This document shows positions 19,094 to 28,867 of a DNA stretch of 64,000 nucleotides, piece after piece. Each line of letters opens with the position of its first letter. Position 1 is the first letter of the stretch. The position numbers and the translations under genes were made by a program. The stretch covers positions 6,523-70,522 of the forward strand of contig CAZNUU010000003.1 in the NCBI GenBank assembly GCA_964576615.1. The letters run 5' to 3'. This DNA comes from an uncultured Candidatus Saccharibacteria bacterium (GTDB lineage Bacteria; Patescibacteriota; Minisyncoccia; Phycocordibacterales; DATDWN01). A model generated the notes under the pieces. It was not told where the DNA came from, did not search any database, and worked only from the letters and a program-made list of their open reading frames with translations.

Positions 19094-19312
19094 TTATTTT
19101 GTCTTCTTTACGTTAGATATGTGAATGGGCATAGCCTTATCCAGTATCTGCCCCTTCTCACCTCCTTTTCGTGGACCTTGGTGAACCTTGAGCACATTTA
19201 CCCCAGAGACAATGACTTTGTTCTCTTTTGGCAGAGCTTTAACAACTGTGCCAGTTTTGCCTTTGTCTTTGCCAGTTAAAACTATTACTTTGTCATCTTT
19301 CTTTACGTGCAT
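19094..19312 (-). CDS. rplX: 50S ribosomal protein L24
   Basis: Sequence family. Confidence 0.9.
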   Translation of the reverse strand: MHVKKDDKVIVLTGKDKGKTGTVVKALPKENKVIVSGVNVLKVHQGPRKGGEKGQILDKAMPIHISNVKKTK

Positions 19313-19322
19313 GATATTAAAA

Positions 19323-19700
19323 TTAGACCACTTCCGGAGCTAAGGAAATAATTTTCTGAAACCCCACTTCGCCAACCTCTCTTGGAATTGGACCGAAAAC
19401 ACGACCAGCTAAAGGTTCTTTCTTCTTTGGATCTTTTAGTATAAGAACAACTGCATTTTCATCAAAGCGAATGTAAGATCCATCTTTTCTCCTAAAGGGC
19501 GCTTTTTGCCTCACTACAATTCCACGAACTACATCTTTTTTCTTTATCGCCTCACGCGGTTTTGCTTTCTGAATTGAAAGCACCACAATCTCGCCGATGG
19601 AAGCATATCTTTTCTTGGATGATCCGAGCACTTTGAAAATTCTGCCGATTTTTCCACCGGAGTTGTCTGCAATTTTTACAATTGAGCGTGGTTGAATCAT
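19323..19700 (-). CDS. rplN: 50S ribosomal protein L14
   Basis: Sequence family. Confidence 0.92.
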   Translation of the reverse strand: MIQPRSIVKIADNSGGKIGRIFKVLGSSKKRYASIGEIVVLSIQKAKPREAIKKKDVVRGIVVRQKAPFRRKDGSYIRFDENAVVLILKDPKKKEPLAGRVFGPIPREVGEVGFQKIISLAPEVV

Positions 19701-19704
19701 AAAA

Positions 19705-19968
19705 TTAAATTACTTTGAAGTGTTTGGTCTTAGAAATCGGCCGACACTCTTCAATCTCCACAATCTCACCAAGTTTTTTAGTATTTCCTGGATCATGAAC
19801 CTTGAATTTTTTACTATAGGAAATGTACTTGCCGTATTTTGGGTGCTTTACATAACGAGAAACCAAAACAACGATTGTATCTTTCATCTTGTCAGAGACG
19901 ACTTTACCAGAAATTCTCTTGCGAGCTCCTTTTACTTCTGTATTTTGTTTTTGTAATGTTGCAGTCAT
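19705..19968 (-). CDS. rpsQ: 30S ribosomal protein S17
   Basis: Sequence family. Confidence 0.9.
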   Translation of the reverse strand: MTATLQKQNTEVKGARKRISGKVVSDKMKDTIVVLVSRYVKHPKYGKYISYSKKFKVHDPGNTKKLGEIVEIEECRPISKTKHFKVI

Positions 19969-19983
19969 TTTATTTTGAATATT

Positions 19984-20172
19984 TTAAGATTTCTTCGCAT
20001 TTAACAGAGTCAAAATTTTAGCAATATCTTTCCTTATCGCTCTGCCCTCTCTTACGTTTCTAGTATTACTGCCAGAGACAGAAAATCTGAAAGTTCTTAG
20101 AGCATTTCTCTTTTCCGTAAGGAGCGTTCCTAGTTCTTTACCACTTTTATTTTTTAGTTCTTTTATCTTCAT
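19984..20172 (-). CDS. rpmC: 50S ribosomal protein L29
   Basis: Sequence family. Confidence 0.85.
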   Translation of the reverse strand: MKIKELKNKSGKELGTLLTEKRNALRTFRFSVSGSNTRNVREGRAIRKDIAKILTLLNAKKS

Positions 20173-20186
20173 AAAGTTATCAGAAA

Positions 20187-20612
20187 TTAACTGTGGGTAG
20201 CAGAAATTACCTTGGTCTTAACTGGAAGTTTTGTCCCCGCTTTTCTAAGTGACTCTCTTGCTATCTCATCCGTTACACCGTCCACTTCAAAAATAATTCG
20301 TCCAGGCTTAACAGGAGCACAGTAGCCAAACAAATCACCCTTACCTTTTCCAAGTTTCACTTCCGCTGGTTTTTTTGTAAGAGGCATATCTGGAAAAACT
20401 CTTATCCAGATCTTGCCGGTCTTACCCAACTCTCGAGAAAGAGCTTTTCTAGCTGCTTCCAGTTGATTCGACATGATTCTGCCTCCGGTAATCGCCTTAA
20501 TTGCATGCGAGCCGAAATCAACATGCGTGCCGCGGGAAGCTACCCCAACCTTTTCCGGGTTTTTTCTAAATGTATGCCATTTTCTGTATTTAACTTTTTT
20601 TGGAAGCAGCAT
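20187..20612 (-). CDS. rplP: 50S ribosomal protein L16
   Basis: Sequence family. Confidence 0.92.
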   Translation of the reverse strand: MLLPKKVKYRKWHTFRKNPEKVGVASRGTHVDFGSHAIKAITGGRIMSNQLEAARKALSRELGKTGKIWIRVFPDMPLTKKPAEVKLGKGKGDLFGYCAPVKPGRIIFEVDGVTDEIARESLRKAGTKLPVKTKVISATHS

Positions 20613-20620
20613 AATATTTA

Positions 20621-21280
20621 TTATTTCTTAGCAAATACCTCACCTTTGTAGATCCAGACCTTTATGCCAATCCCGCCGTAAGGCAATCTGGCCTCGTACT
20701 TTGCAAATTCAACATCAGCTCGAAGCGTCTGGAGTGGAATTCTGCCTCTTTTTATTTTTTCCTTTCTGGCCATAGTTGCTCCACCAAGTCGCCCTGACAA
20801 TTCCAGCTTTACCCCTTGGACATCTCGGTTCGCCATAACTTTTTCCACGACCTGCTTTGCAACTCGCCTAAAAGGAAGTCTTTTCTCTAATCCATCTGCA
20901 ATCATTTGAACCACGATCATCGCATTCGATTCCGGAGACTTAACTTCTTTTATATCAACCTTCACTTCACCTCCAGAAGAAAGTTTGTTTTTGGACAGAA
21001 ATGACAAAATGTCGTTTTTCAGCTTTACTGCACCATCACCTGAGCGACCAATAATCATTCCAGGTCTAGATGTTTCAATAATAATTCTTAAAATTTTTTC
21101 TCCTCTCTCCATCTCGATATTTGAAACATAAAAACCTCGTAATTTCTTTTGTAAATGTTCTCGAAGCAATACATCGCTTTTCAAAAATTCTTTGTATTTT
21201 GACTTCACGCCAAACCAGCGAGATTTCCAATCTCTGATAATGCCTAGTCTGTGGGAATATGGATGGACTGTGTGTGTCAT
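20621..21280 (-). CDS. rpsC: 30S ribosomal protein S3 (start at MTHTVHP; ORF table extends upstream into rplV)
   Basis: S3 N-terminus MTHTVHPYSHRLGIIRDWKSRWF. Confidence 0.9.
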   Translation of the reverse strand: MTHTVHPYSHRLGIIRDWKSRWFGVKSKYKEFLKSDVLLREHLQKKLRGFYVSNIEMERGEKILRIIIETSRPGMIIGRSGDGAVKLKNDILSFLSKNKLSSGGEVKVDIKEVKSPESNAMIVVQMIADGLEKRLPFRRVAKQVVEKVMANRDVQGVKLELSGRLGGATMARKEKIKRGRIPLQTLRADVEFAKYEARLPYGGIGIKVWIYKGEVFAKK

Positions 21281-21281
21281 G

Positions 21282-21629
21282 TTATTTCTTTGCTTTGCCC
21301 TCAGCCAATTCAACATATATTGAACTTGTGCGCTTGCGTATAGGATGAGCACTACCCCTCGCAGCTGGTCGTCTCCGGTAAAGGATTGCTCCCCCATCAA
21401 CTGTAATTTTCTTTACAATTAAGTTCTCTGTTGGAATATCTAAATGTTTTGCATTGGCCAAAGCAGAGAGAATTAGATTTTTTAATGGCTTGGAAGCCTT
21501 TTTAGTAACGAAATCTAAGTTTACTAAAACATCAGAAACTTTTTTGCCCCGTAAGGTGTTGGCCACCAACCTCATCTTGCGAGGAGCTTGCCGGAAATCA
21601 TTTAGTAATGCGTGTGCCTTCTTTTCCAT
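21282..21629 (-). CDS. rplV: 50S ribosomal protein L22
   Basis: Sequence family. Confidence 0.9.
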   Translation of the reverse strand: MEKKAHALLNDFRQAPRKMRLVANTLRGKKVSDVLVNLDFVTKKASKPLKNLILSALANAKHLDIPTENLIVKKITVDGGAILYRRRPAARGSAHPIRKRTSSIYVELAEGKAKK

Positions 21630-21637
21630 GATAAAAA

Positions 21638-21985
21638 TTATTTCTTAGCTGCATCTGCGGTAGTTGCTTTGGCAGCTTGAGCTGCAGCTATTTCACCTTC
21701 TTTTTTAGCCTGCTCCAGTTCTTTTTGCATTCGACCTCCGTGTTTTATGAATTTCTTAGTCGGAGAAAACTCTCCTAGTCTGTGACCCACCATATCTTCC
21801 GAAACTAAAACATCTAAATGTGTTTTGCCATTATGAACCCCAAAAGTAAAACCAATCATCTCTGGAGAAATAACACAGGCTCGAGACCAAGTCTTAATAA
21901 CCCCTGTCTCCAGTGGCTTTTTGCCTTCGATCTTCTTTAGAACACGAGGATCGACATATGGACCTTTTTTACTTGAGCGTGTCAT
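21638..21985 (-). CDS. rpsS: 30S ribosomal protein S19 with Ala/Lys-rich C-terminal extension
   Basis: Sequence family. Confidence 0.9.
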   Translation of the reverse strand: MTRSSKKGPYVDPRVLKKIEGKKPLETGVIKTWSRACVISPEMIGFTFGVHNGKTHLDVLVSEDMVGHRLGEFSPTKKFIKHGGRMQKELEQAKKEGEIAAAQAAKATTADAAKK

Positions 21986-22155
21986 TTTTTAATTTCTTAA
22001 AAAGAAAAACCACGATGTTAGTGGTACTTGACTGAGACTTAGCACCGCAAACAAATGAGTAAGAGGTAATGGCTTCTTACGTGGAAACATACTATACAAA
22101 TACCCCTAAAATGTCAAAGGCGGTACCAGACTTTCCGATACCGCCTATAGTGCTA

Positions 22156-22458
22156 TTACATAACATGCACAGAAGAGACCATCCCCTCGTGGACTTCCCA
22201 GGCTCGTTCTAGAAGAATGGCGACCTCGACGGTTGTCATCTCCTTTTTACGAGCAAAGACCTCCACGATCTCAACCATCTCCTGTGGTGGATTTGCTCCG
22301 AGATAGACCGCGGCCCAACCTGCGGCCCCTTTCGGATCACTGGGCGGGGTTGGCGGAGGATCAATCTCACGAATGAGCTCTGCTGCTGCACTCCGTACCC
22401 TGTCGAACAGTTCAGATCGTCTCAACTGACCCATCTGACAAGCCTCCTCTGGCACCAT
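22156..22458 (-). CDS. Hypothetical Pro-rich protein (GC-rich cassette between rpsS and rplB)
   Basis: TTGACA 22495-22500 upstream; hairpin 22119-22145 downstream, then TTGACA-N17-TAGTAT restart promoter toward rpsS. Confidence 0.45.
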   Translation of the reverse strand: MVPEEACQMGQLRRSELFDRVRSAAAELIREIDPPPTPPSDPKGAAGWAAVYLGANPPQEMVEIVEVFARKKEMTTVEVAILLERAWEVHEGMVSSVHVM

Positions 22459-22543
22459 GCCATCCAACCAGAACATTAATTAATTTCATAAAAATGTCAA
22501 AGGGCGACGTAGGTTTTCACCTAGTCGCCCCTGAAGAACCCCC

Positions 22544-22792
22544 TCACTTCACCAGACGTGCTAGCACTCTCTCGGTGCACGGCACATAGGTGATTGTGAG
22601 ACTCTGCTCTGATAGTGTGGCTCCATTGTGCGTTGCCACCATTGCGAAGCAGAGATCGGTCGTCTCGTCTTTTCCGTAGACGAGAGACTTGATGATCTCA
22701 CGCGCATTTGCTGGTTTCACCTCGGAAGCCTGCTGCGTGCAAGCAACCGAGAGAATCGCCACCAGAAAAGCCGTTACGAGCAATTTGGTCAT
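22544..22792 (-). CDS. Hypothetical small secreted lipoprotein-like protein (GC-rich cassette)
   Basis: Signal peptide ending LSVAC; AGGAGG 22800-22805. Confidence 0.55.
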   Translation of the reverse strand: MTKLLVTAFLVAILSVACTQQASEVKPANAREIIKSLVYGKDETTDLCFAMVATHNGATLSEQSLTITYVPCTERVLARLVK

Positions 22793-22811
22793 GTCTGACC
22801 CTCCTGCTACA

Positions 22812-22840
22812 ATTATACACTAATATTAGATAATAGTCAA
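22812..22840 (-). promoter_or_regulatory. Promoter TTGACT-N17-TATAAT for cassette 22544..22792, immediately after rplB terminator hairpin 22847-22872
   Basis: Read from sequence. Confidence 0.55.
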
Positions 22841-22872
22841 GTAAGAAAAGAGCCCTATGTAGGGCTCTTTTC

Positions 22873-23715
22873 TTACTTCTGCTTCCCAACTCGTCTACGA
22901 CTAACAATATATCTATTTGAATATTTCTTAGGAGTTCGAGACTTCTGCCCCTTACCGGTTGGTTTACCGTAAACTGAGATTGCTCGCCTCCTACCTCGGC
23001 CCTGCCTTTGTTCACCTCCACCGTATGGGTGATCAACTGGGTTTTGAGCAGTACCTCGAACTGTAGGACGAATGCCGAGCCAGCGACTTCTTCCAGCTTT
23101 GCCCAAATTAACCAATCTATTTTCATCGTTTGAAACATCACCAATGGATGCCCAAGCATTTTCCGAAACTTTTCTAACTTCGGTTGATGGCATTTTTATA
23201 TCAACATAACCGGCATCTTTTGCCACCACCTCCACATAGTTTCCCGCAGATCGGGCTAGCTTTGCCCCACCGCCTGGTTTTATTTCCACATTGTAAACAA
23301 ATGTACCGATATCAATATTTTTTAAAGGAAGCCTATTACCGGCTTTTCTTTCTGCTTTTTCCGAAGTGATATAGGTTTCTTCAACCCTGGCTTGTTTTGG
23401 TATAAGCACATATCTTTTTTCTCCATCTTGGTATTGAGCAAGACCGATGAAACCAGATCTATTTGGATCATACTCCACTGTTTTTAAAATATAAGGCACA
23501 TCAAATTTGTCGTATCTAAAATCCACTTCCCTGAAAAGCCTCTTGTGTCCACCACCTTTGTGACGAGTTGTAATCTCCCCAGCATTATTTCGTCCCATTG
23601 CTCTTTTGAATCCATGAGTGAGAGATTTATTTGGTTCTGAAGCAGTCAAAAAGTTGCCGAATGAAATTGTCGACATTTGCCTTCTACTTTTTGTATATGG
23701 TCTGTATCGTTTCAT
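22873..23715 (-). CDS. rplB: 50S ribosomal protein L2
   Basis: Sequence family. Confidence 0.95.
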   Translation of the reverse strand: MKRYRPYTKSRRQMSTISFGNFLTASEPNKSLTHGFKRAMGRNNAGEITTRHKGGGHKRLFREVDFRYDKFDVPYILKTVEYDPNRSGFIGLAQYQDGEKRYVLIPKQARVEETYITSEKAERKAGNRLPLKNIDIGTFVYNVEIKPGGGAKLARSAGNYVEVVAKDAGYVDIKMPSTEVRKVSENAWASIGDVSNDENRLVNLGKAGRSRWLGIRPTVRGTAQNPVDHPYGGGEQRQGRGRRRAISVYGKPTGKGQKSRTPKKYSNRYIVSRRRVGKQK

Positions 23716-23719
23716 TTTT

Positions 23720-24058
23720 TTACAAGTTTTCTATTTTTGTTCCAGGCTTAAGGTATATATATGCTTTTTTGTAACCAGATTTTTTACCCCGCTTGCCCCT
23801 GACAAAAACATTTTTAGCTGGAATAGTAACTGTGTTTATTTTAATTGGAGAGATCTTGTATTTTTCAACAAAAGCTTTTTCCACATTCGCCTTTGTAGCA
23901 CCTGGGTCAATTTCAAAAACGTACACCGAGTTTTCAGACTTAACCGTAGCTTTTTCGGTAACATGAGGACTTATTAAAATGTGAGATGTATCTTTCACCC
24001 CGTGAGATAACGTGTTGTAAGATCTTTGATTATTTTTTTGTAAAGTTTGTTTTGCCAT
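23720..24058 (-). CDS. rplW: 50S ribosomal protein L23
   Basis: Sequence family. Confidence 0.88.
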   Translation of the reverse strand: MAKQTLQKNNQRSYNTLSHGVKDTSHILISPHVTEKATVKSENSVYVFEIDPGATKANVEKAFVEKYKISPIKINTVTIPAKNVFVRGKRGKKSGYKKAYIYLKPGTKIENL

Positions 24059-24079
24059 ACTCGTTTAACAACAACTATT

Positions 24080-24832
24080 TTATCTCATGGGGTTATCTAA
24101 CTTACCAGATATTTGGGCGAGTGATTTCTCCGGATTTGAAATAACCACATATTTGTATTTCATAAGATTAAGAGGATTTAGATTGCGAATCTCATCTACG
24201 TGCATGTTAGAGAAATTTCGAAAACTTTTTTCTGTATTTACATCCTTGGAATCAAGAGCAATGTAAGCAGAATTTTTCCCTTTCCTAAGTAGAGATTCGT
24301 ACCCCTTAACCTTTGAAAGAGAAACCAAAACTTCTCTCGCTTCTTTGGTCTTTGGAGCCTTAAGAGAAAGATCGTTTACAAATAAAATCTCACCTTGTTT
24401 TAGTTTTCGAGAAAGAATAGTGTAGAGAGCCTTTGCCTTCATTTTCTTGTTTACTTTTCTGTAAAAATCTTTTTCATTGGTAGGACCGTGAGTTACACCA
24501 CCTCCAACCCAGATTGGAGATCGAATAGAACCGTGCCTGGCTCGTCCCGTACCTTTCTGTTGCCAAGGTTTTTTACCCCCCCCAGAGACATCACCTCGGC
24601 CTTTCGTATGAGCAACTGGAGTTCTTTTGGTTGATTCCATAGATGTAACCACTTGGTGAACTAAGTCAGCATTCCAAGGTAAACCAAAAACTGTAGCAGG
24701 TAATTCCAGTTTTCCGGAAGCTGTACCTTTTGTGTTATAGACTGTTGTCTCTAAGCCGTTAGTTGCTTCGGTAGCTACCTTTTTAGTTTTTCTTACTTTT
24801 GTTTCAGGAGTTTCCATAATATTTAAATTCAT
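24080..24832 (-). CDS. rplD: 50S ribosomal protein L4
   Basis: Sequence family. Confidence 0.9.
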   Translation of the reverse strand: MNLNIMETPETKVRKTKKVATEATNGLETTVYNTKGTASGKLELPATVFGLPWNADLVHQVVTSMESTKRTPVAHTKGRGDVSGGGKKPWQQKGTGRARHGSIRSPIWVGGGVTHGPTNEKDFYRKVNKKMKAKALYTILSRKLKQGEILFVNDLSLKAPKTKEAREVLVSLSKVKGYESLLRKGKNSAYIALDSKDVNTEKSFRNFSNMHVDEIRNLNPLNLMKYKYVVISNPEKSLAQISGKLDNPMR

Positions 24833-24846
24833 CTTATCTAACTGGT

Positions 24847-25458
24847 TTATCCGTTTACTTCTATTAGTGTGCCTCTTCTTCCGGGAACTGCACCCTGTAT
24901 TAAAAGTTCACCTGTCTCTGCATTTGCCGAAATAACTGTCAGACCTTTTGATGTAACTCGCTCGCCGCCCATTCTGCCGGCCATTCTCTTGCCTTTAGCC
25001 ACACGACCTCCATCACGACCACCTCCTCCGAGTGAGCCAGGCTCTCTTTCAGAATGTTTTTGACCATGAGTTCGCGGACCACCTTTAAAACCGTGTCTTT
25101 TTACGCCGCCTTGAAAACCTTTGCCTTTTGAAATACCAGAGACTGTAACTTTATCACCTGCTACAAATGAAGTTAAATCAATTATGTCCCCAATTTTAAC
25201 TGTTGGTTCCTCACTCGTTCTAAATTCTTTCAAAACTTGATAGTTACCTCCTTTCATCTGACCCTTAACTGCTTTAGAAATATTTTTTTCTTTTCTGGAA
25301 CCAAAACCGACTTGAATAGCATTATAACCATCTGTCTTTACAGTTTTAACGGCTGTAACAGTCAATGGACCAGACTGAAGAACAGTAACAGGATGAACCA
25401 GTCCTGCCTCGTCAAAAACTTGAGTCATATTTAATTTTTTTCCCAATGTGAATTTCAT
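24847..25458 (-). CDS. rplC: 50S ribosomal protein L3
   Basis: Sequence family. Confidence 0.92.
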   Translation of the reverse strand: MKFTLGKKLNMTQVFDEAGLVHPVTVLQSGPLTVTAVKTVKTDGYNAIQVGFGSRKEKNISKAVKGQMKGGNYQVLKEFRTSEEPTVKIGDIIDLTSFVAGDKVTVSGISKGKGFQGGVKRHGFKGGPRTHGQKHSEREPGSLGGGGRDGGRVAKGKRMAGRMGGERVTSKGLTVISANAETGELLIQGAVPGRRGTLIEVNG

Positions 25459-25635
25459 CTCTATTTACCTAATTTGCGGTAGCGGTTTGCGGACAGTAAT
25501 GGGGACAGATAATCCTCAACATTGCCCTTCGCTAGCTACCATAAAAAAATCGCTTATGCGATTGGAATACAGTATCAGATATCGTTTAAAAAGACAACTG
25601 CAAATTTAGCCCCAGAAATAGAGTGTTTTTTCAGA

Positions 25636-25664
25636 TTGACAAATTAGTTGATTTGTGATATTAT
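25636..25664 (+). promoter_or_regulatory. Promoter TTGACA-N17-TGaTATTAT, AGGAGG 25671-25676
   Basis: Near-identical to module at 7784-7824. Confidence 0.55.
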
Positions 25665-25682
25665 GTACACAGGAGGCAGATC

Positions 25683-25886
25683 ATGTTGGTATTGAGACTG
25701 GCCTGGTTAGTACTCGGTTTGCTCCTCATCACGGTAATTGGAGGAGCGATCGACAGTGCGACAGGCGCGGGCTTGGCACTTCTGGTGCTTTCGCCGGCTG
25801 CTCGCATGTTCCATTTCGTGGTAGGAGGCCTGTGGGGAGTGGGAATTTACTTCCTCATAACGAGGCTTCTCATCCGCAAACGCTGA
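25683..25886 (+). CDS. Small membrane protein, 2 TM (GC-rich cassette between rpsJ and rplC, antisense to the operon)
   Basis: Hairpin CGCCGGTCC-aagttt-GGACCGGCG at 25892-25915. Confidence 0.55.
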   Translation: MLVLRLAWLVLGLLLITVIGGAIDSATGAGLALLVLSPAARMFHFVVGGLWGVGIYFLITRLLIRKR

Positions 25887-25925
25887 AAGAACCCACGCCG
25901 GTCCAAGTTTGGACCGGCGATTTGT

Positions 25926-26372
25926 TTAGATAATTTTTACGTCTATGTTAACTCCACTCGGAAGTGAAAGATTTGTAAGCGCCTCCATTATTTTTGGGGT
26001 TGGATTTAAAATATCAATAAGTCTCTTATGAATTCTCATTTCAAATTGTTCCCGGGCATTTTTGTAAACAAAAGATGAACGATTGACTGTATACTTTTTA
26101 TTCTCCGTAGGAAGTGGAATTGGACCTTCAACTATTGCATCGTACCTTAGAGCTGTATCTATAATTTGCTTTACTGAAACATCTAGGATTTTATACTCAT
26201 AAGCCCTTACTCGAATTCGAAGTTTGGAGATAACATCACCTTTTGCGGGAGCTTTTGCTGCTTTAGGTGCAGGAGTTTTTGTGGCAGTTTTTGTTGCTCT
26301 TGGTTTTCTAGCTTTTGGCTCTTTTGTTTCCTCGCCTGCGCGGGCAGGTGTTGCAGCTTTCTTCGTCGGCAT
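25926..26372 (-). CDS. rpsJ: 30S ribosomal protein S10 with Lys/Ala/Pro-rich N-terminal extension (ATG 26372; ORF table begins at TTG 26381)
   Basis: S10 core ...RIRVRAYEYKILD...PLPTENKKYTVNRS... Confidence 0.88.
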   Translation of the reverse strand: MPTKKAATPARAGEETKEPKARKPRATKTATKTPAPKAAKAPAKGDVISKLRIRVRAYEYKILDVSVKQIIDTALRYDAIVEGPIPLPTENKKYTVNRSSFVYKNAREQFEMRIHKRLIDILNPTPKIMEALTNLSLPSGVNIDVKII

Positions 26373-26392
26373 AATTTTCAAATGATTAAAAG

Positions 26393-26421
26393 ATAGTAGC
26401 AGGTATTAGTTTTTTGTTCAA
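26393..26421 (-). promoter_or_regulatory. Putative S10-operon promoter TTGAAC-N17-TACTAT
   Basis: Read from sequence; short leader with no RBS. Confidence 0.5.
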
Positions 26422-26492
26422 CCCTACTAGTAGAGCATAGCTCACTACGGGGTAAAGTAAACGAATAGGCGCGCACCTTTTCAGTGCGCGCC

Positions 26493-27095
26493 CTACTTCT
26501 TCGCAGAACGTTTAGGCGCCGGCTTTCTCGGACGAAGTTGCGACTTCACGTAAGAGGCATACTTGTCCTGAAAGATGGCTACGTGAAAGTGGGGCGGACT
26601 TTTCTCTCGCGTCGCCTCAATCACCTTTAGCCCCTCGAGGTAAAGCAGGGTCTTTTCAAATTGCAGCACACACGACGGGTCGGCTGGAATTCGAAAATCG
26701 ACTGCAATGCCTGTCGGATGAACCGACTTGGGCGAAGCGTTTCGGGGTTGCTCTATCTTTGATCTCGTCGCACTAGTCACAACCAGATCACAGATCGGCG
26801 CAATTTCTTGAGCAAATCGCTCCACGAAAAGTTTCGCGACCGGCCGAACAAACGGATGAACGGCACCCTCGACCCGGTAACGACTGTTACCAGGAAGTGC
26901 CACCAGTCTCCCCTGCCTTATGAAACGATCCACATCAGCAGGAGTCTCTAGCCGGGTGAAACCCTCTCGGGTTGCATCTTTGTCCATCCGATCCACGGAC
27001 GCCTTCGAGCCTTTTAGGCTCGGTTTTTGTGCCTGTGCAGACATTGTGAAGCACAAGCACAGTGCAAGTGCACACAAAAGTTTCTGCATATTCAC
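26493..27095 (-). CDS. Secreted peptidase M15-like (VanY/YcbK-type zinc D,D-peptidase fold) (GC-rich cassette)
   Basis: Signal peptide; S-x-HPTGIAVD, E-x-x-H and H-F-H motifs; TTGACT-N17-TAAAAT, AGAGGTGA RBS. Confidence 0.45.
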   Translation of the reverse strand: MNMQKLLCALALCLCFTMSAQAQKPSLKGSKASVDRMDKDATREGFTRLETPADVDRFIRQGRLVALPGNSRYRVEGAVHPFVRPVAKLFVERFAQEIAPICDLVVTSATRSKIEQPRNASPKSVHPTGIAVDFRIPADPSCVLQFEKTLLYLEGLKVIEATREKSPPHFHVAIFQDKYASYVKSQLRPRKPAPKRSAKK

Positions 27096-27222
27096 CTCTT
27101 TTCGGATTTTACACTATTTTTGAAATAAAGTCAAATATAAAATCTAATTTTTTATAAACAAAAACCGCCGACCAATTTGGTCGGGGTCGCTCTCGTGGGG
27201 CAGAAGCCCCACGAGACAGAGT

Positions 27223-27441
27223 TTACGCTCTTTCAGGGCCAAAGGTCACTTCGACGCTGTGGTTAGTGTTGATCTCCAGGAGAAATTCTGTGAGATCTTC
27301 GGGTGAAATGCCCATTGCCCGAGCGAAGTTGTCCAGATCCCGGCACGGCTCCACCAGGATCTTTGGATTTCGACGGACGAGTTCCTCGAGGAACGCGCGG
27401 CATTGCGCAGTTACCTTGATGGTTCTGATCGCGTGTGTCAT
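27223..27441 (-). CDS. Hypothetical small protein (GC-rich cassette)
   Basis: TTGACA-N16-TATTCT, GGTGGAGG 5 nt from second ATG. Confidence 0.5.
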   Translation of the reverse strand: MTHAIRTIKVTAQCRAFLEELVRRNPKILVEPCRDLDNFARAMGISPEDLTEFLLEINTNHSVEVTFGPERA

Positions 27442-27650
27442 GAAAGCCTCCACCGATGAGAATACTTTAAAACCTTAGAATGTCAACAAAACCGCCTTTC
27501 GGCGGCTTTGTTAGATTCTTTAAGAAATTTCAATTTTTGATGCAATGCTAGGCGGACGAGGAAAATAATGTGAGCCTTATCGAGTATAAGGTGAACATTA
27601 TTTTACCGAAGTCCAACAACGCAGTGCGCTAAAATTGGAATTTCTTCTGT

Positions 27651-28844
27651 TTAGGCGATGATCTTGGTGACCACCCCTGCACCGACTGTCTTGCCCCCCT
27701 CCCTAATAGCAAATCTAGTCTTATCTTCTAGAGCAACTGGAGCCACAAGTTTAACTTTGAAAGTAACTGTATCTCCTGGCATAACCATTTCTACTCCTTC
27801 GTTAAGTGTTACATCTCCAGTTACGTCTGTTGTTCGAACGTAGAACTGTGGCTTGTAACCAGTGAAAAATGGTGTGTGTCTTCCACCTTCCTCTTTCTTA
27901 AGGATGTAAACTTCGGCCATAAATTCTGTATGAGGTGTCACTGATTTTGGCTTTGCAAGAACCTGACCTCGGGAAATGTCCTCTTTCTTAGCACCTCGGA
28001 GAAGAATTCCGGCATTGTCTCCGGCCTGACCTTGGTTAAGAGATTTGTTAAACATTTCAATACCAGTAACTGTGTATTTTTGAGTATCTCGTAGACCAAC
28101 ACACTCGATTTCCTCGCCAACATTTACGACTCCTCTTTCAATTCTTCCAGTAACTACAGTACCTCTTCCTTCAATTGAGAAGATGTCTTCAACTGGCATT
28201 AGAAACGGTTTATCTAACTCTCGAGTTGGAAGTGGGAATGCATCTAGAGCATTTGCAAGCTCAAGTATTTTCTTTGCCCACTCATCATTGTTGTCCTTCG
28301 ACTCTAGAGCCTTTAGACCTGAACCTCTTATAACTGCTGTGTTAGCACCATCGAAGCCTTGTTTTGTAAGGAGTTCTCGAACTTCTTCCTCAACCAAATC
28401 AATAAGCTCTTTGTCTGGTACCATGTCGCATTTGTTTAGAAACACGATCATTTGTGGCACACCAACTTGTTTTGCCAAAAGTACGTGTTCTCGTGTTTGT
28501 GGCATAACACCGTCAGTTGCAGCAACAACTAGAATAGCGCCGTCCATCTGGGCAGCACCAGTAATCATGTTCTTAATAAAGTCCGCGTGACCAGGCGCAT
28601 CTACGTGTGCATAGTGTCTACTTGGTGTGGAATACTCCGAGTGGTGAAGCGAGATGGTAATACCTCTTGCTTTTTCTTCCGGAGCTTTGTCGATTTGGTC
28701 AATACCTTCGACACGAGCTTCATAGCCACCGCCTTGTCGTCCTAGAACGTTTAGGATGGAAGCTGTTAATGTTGTCTTTCCATGGTCAACGTGACCGATG
28801 GTGCCCACATTCATGTGAGGCTTACTGCGATCAAACTCTGCCAT
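27651..28844 (-). CDS. tuf: Elongation factor Tu
   Basis: [22 protein letters not shown] motifs. Confidence 0.97.
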   Translation of the reverse strand: MAEFDRSKPHMNVGTIGHVDHGKTTLTASILNVLGRQGGGYEARVEGIDQIDKAPEEKARGITISLHHSEYSTPSRHYAHVDAPGHADFIKNMITGAAQMDGAILVVAATDGVMPQTREHVLLAKQVGVPQMIVFLNKCDMVPDKELIDLVEEEVRELLTKQGFDGANTAVIRGSGLKALESKDNNDEWAKKILELANALDAFPLPTRELDKPFLMPVEDIFSIEGRGTVVTGRIERGVVNVGEEIECVGLRDTQKYTVTGIEMFNKSLNQGQAGDNAGILLRGAKKEDISRGQVLAKPKSVTPHTEFMAEVYILKKEEGGRHTPFFTGYKPQFYVRTTDVTGDVTLNEGVEMVMPGDTVTFKVKLVAPVALEDKTRFAIREGGKTVGAGVVTKIIA

Positions 28845-28852
28845 ATAAATGT

Positions 28853-28867
28853 TGTGACTAAGTCACA
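28853..28867. promoter_or_regulatory. 15-bp perfect palindrome TGTGACT-A-AGTCACA in tuf 5' leader, 9 nt from the start codon
   Basis: Read from sequence. Confidence 0.3.

Noticed and set aside
28183-28590. Plus-strand 135-aa ORF inside tuf
   Set aside because: Antisense shadow ORF of EF-Tu.
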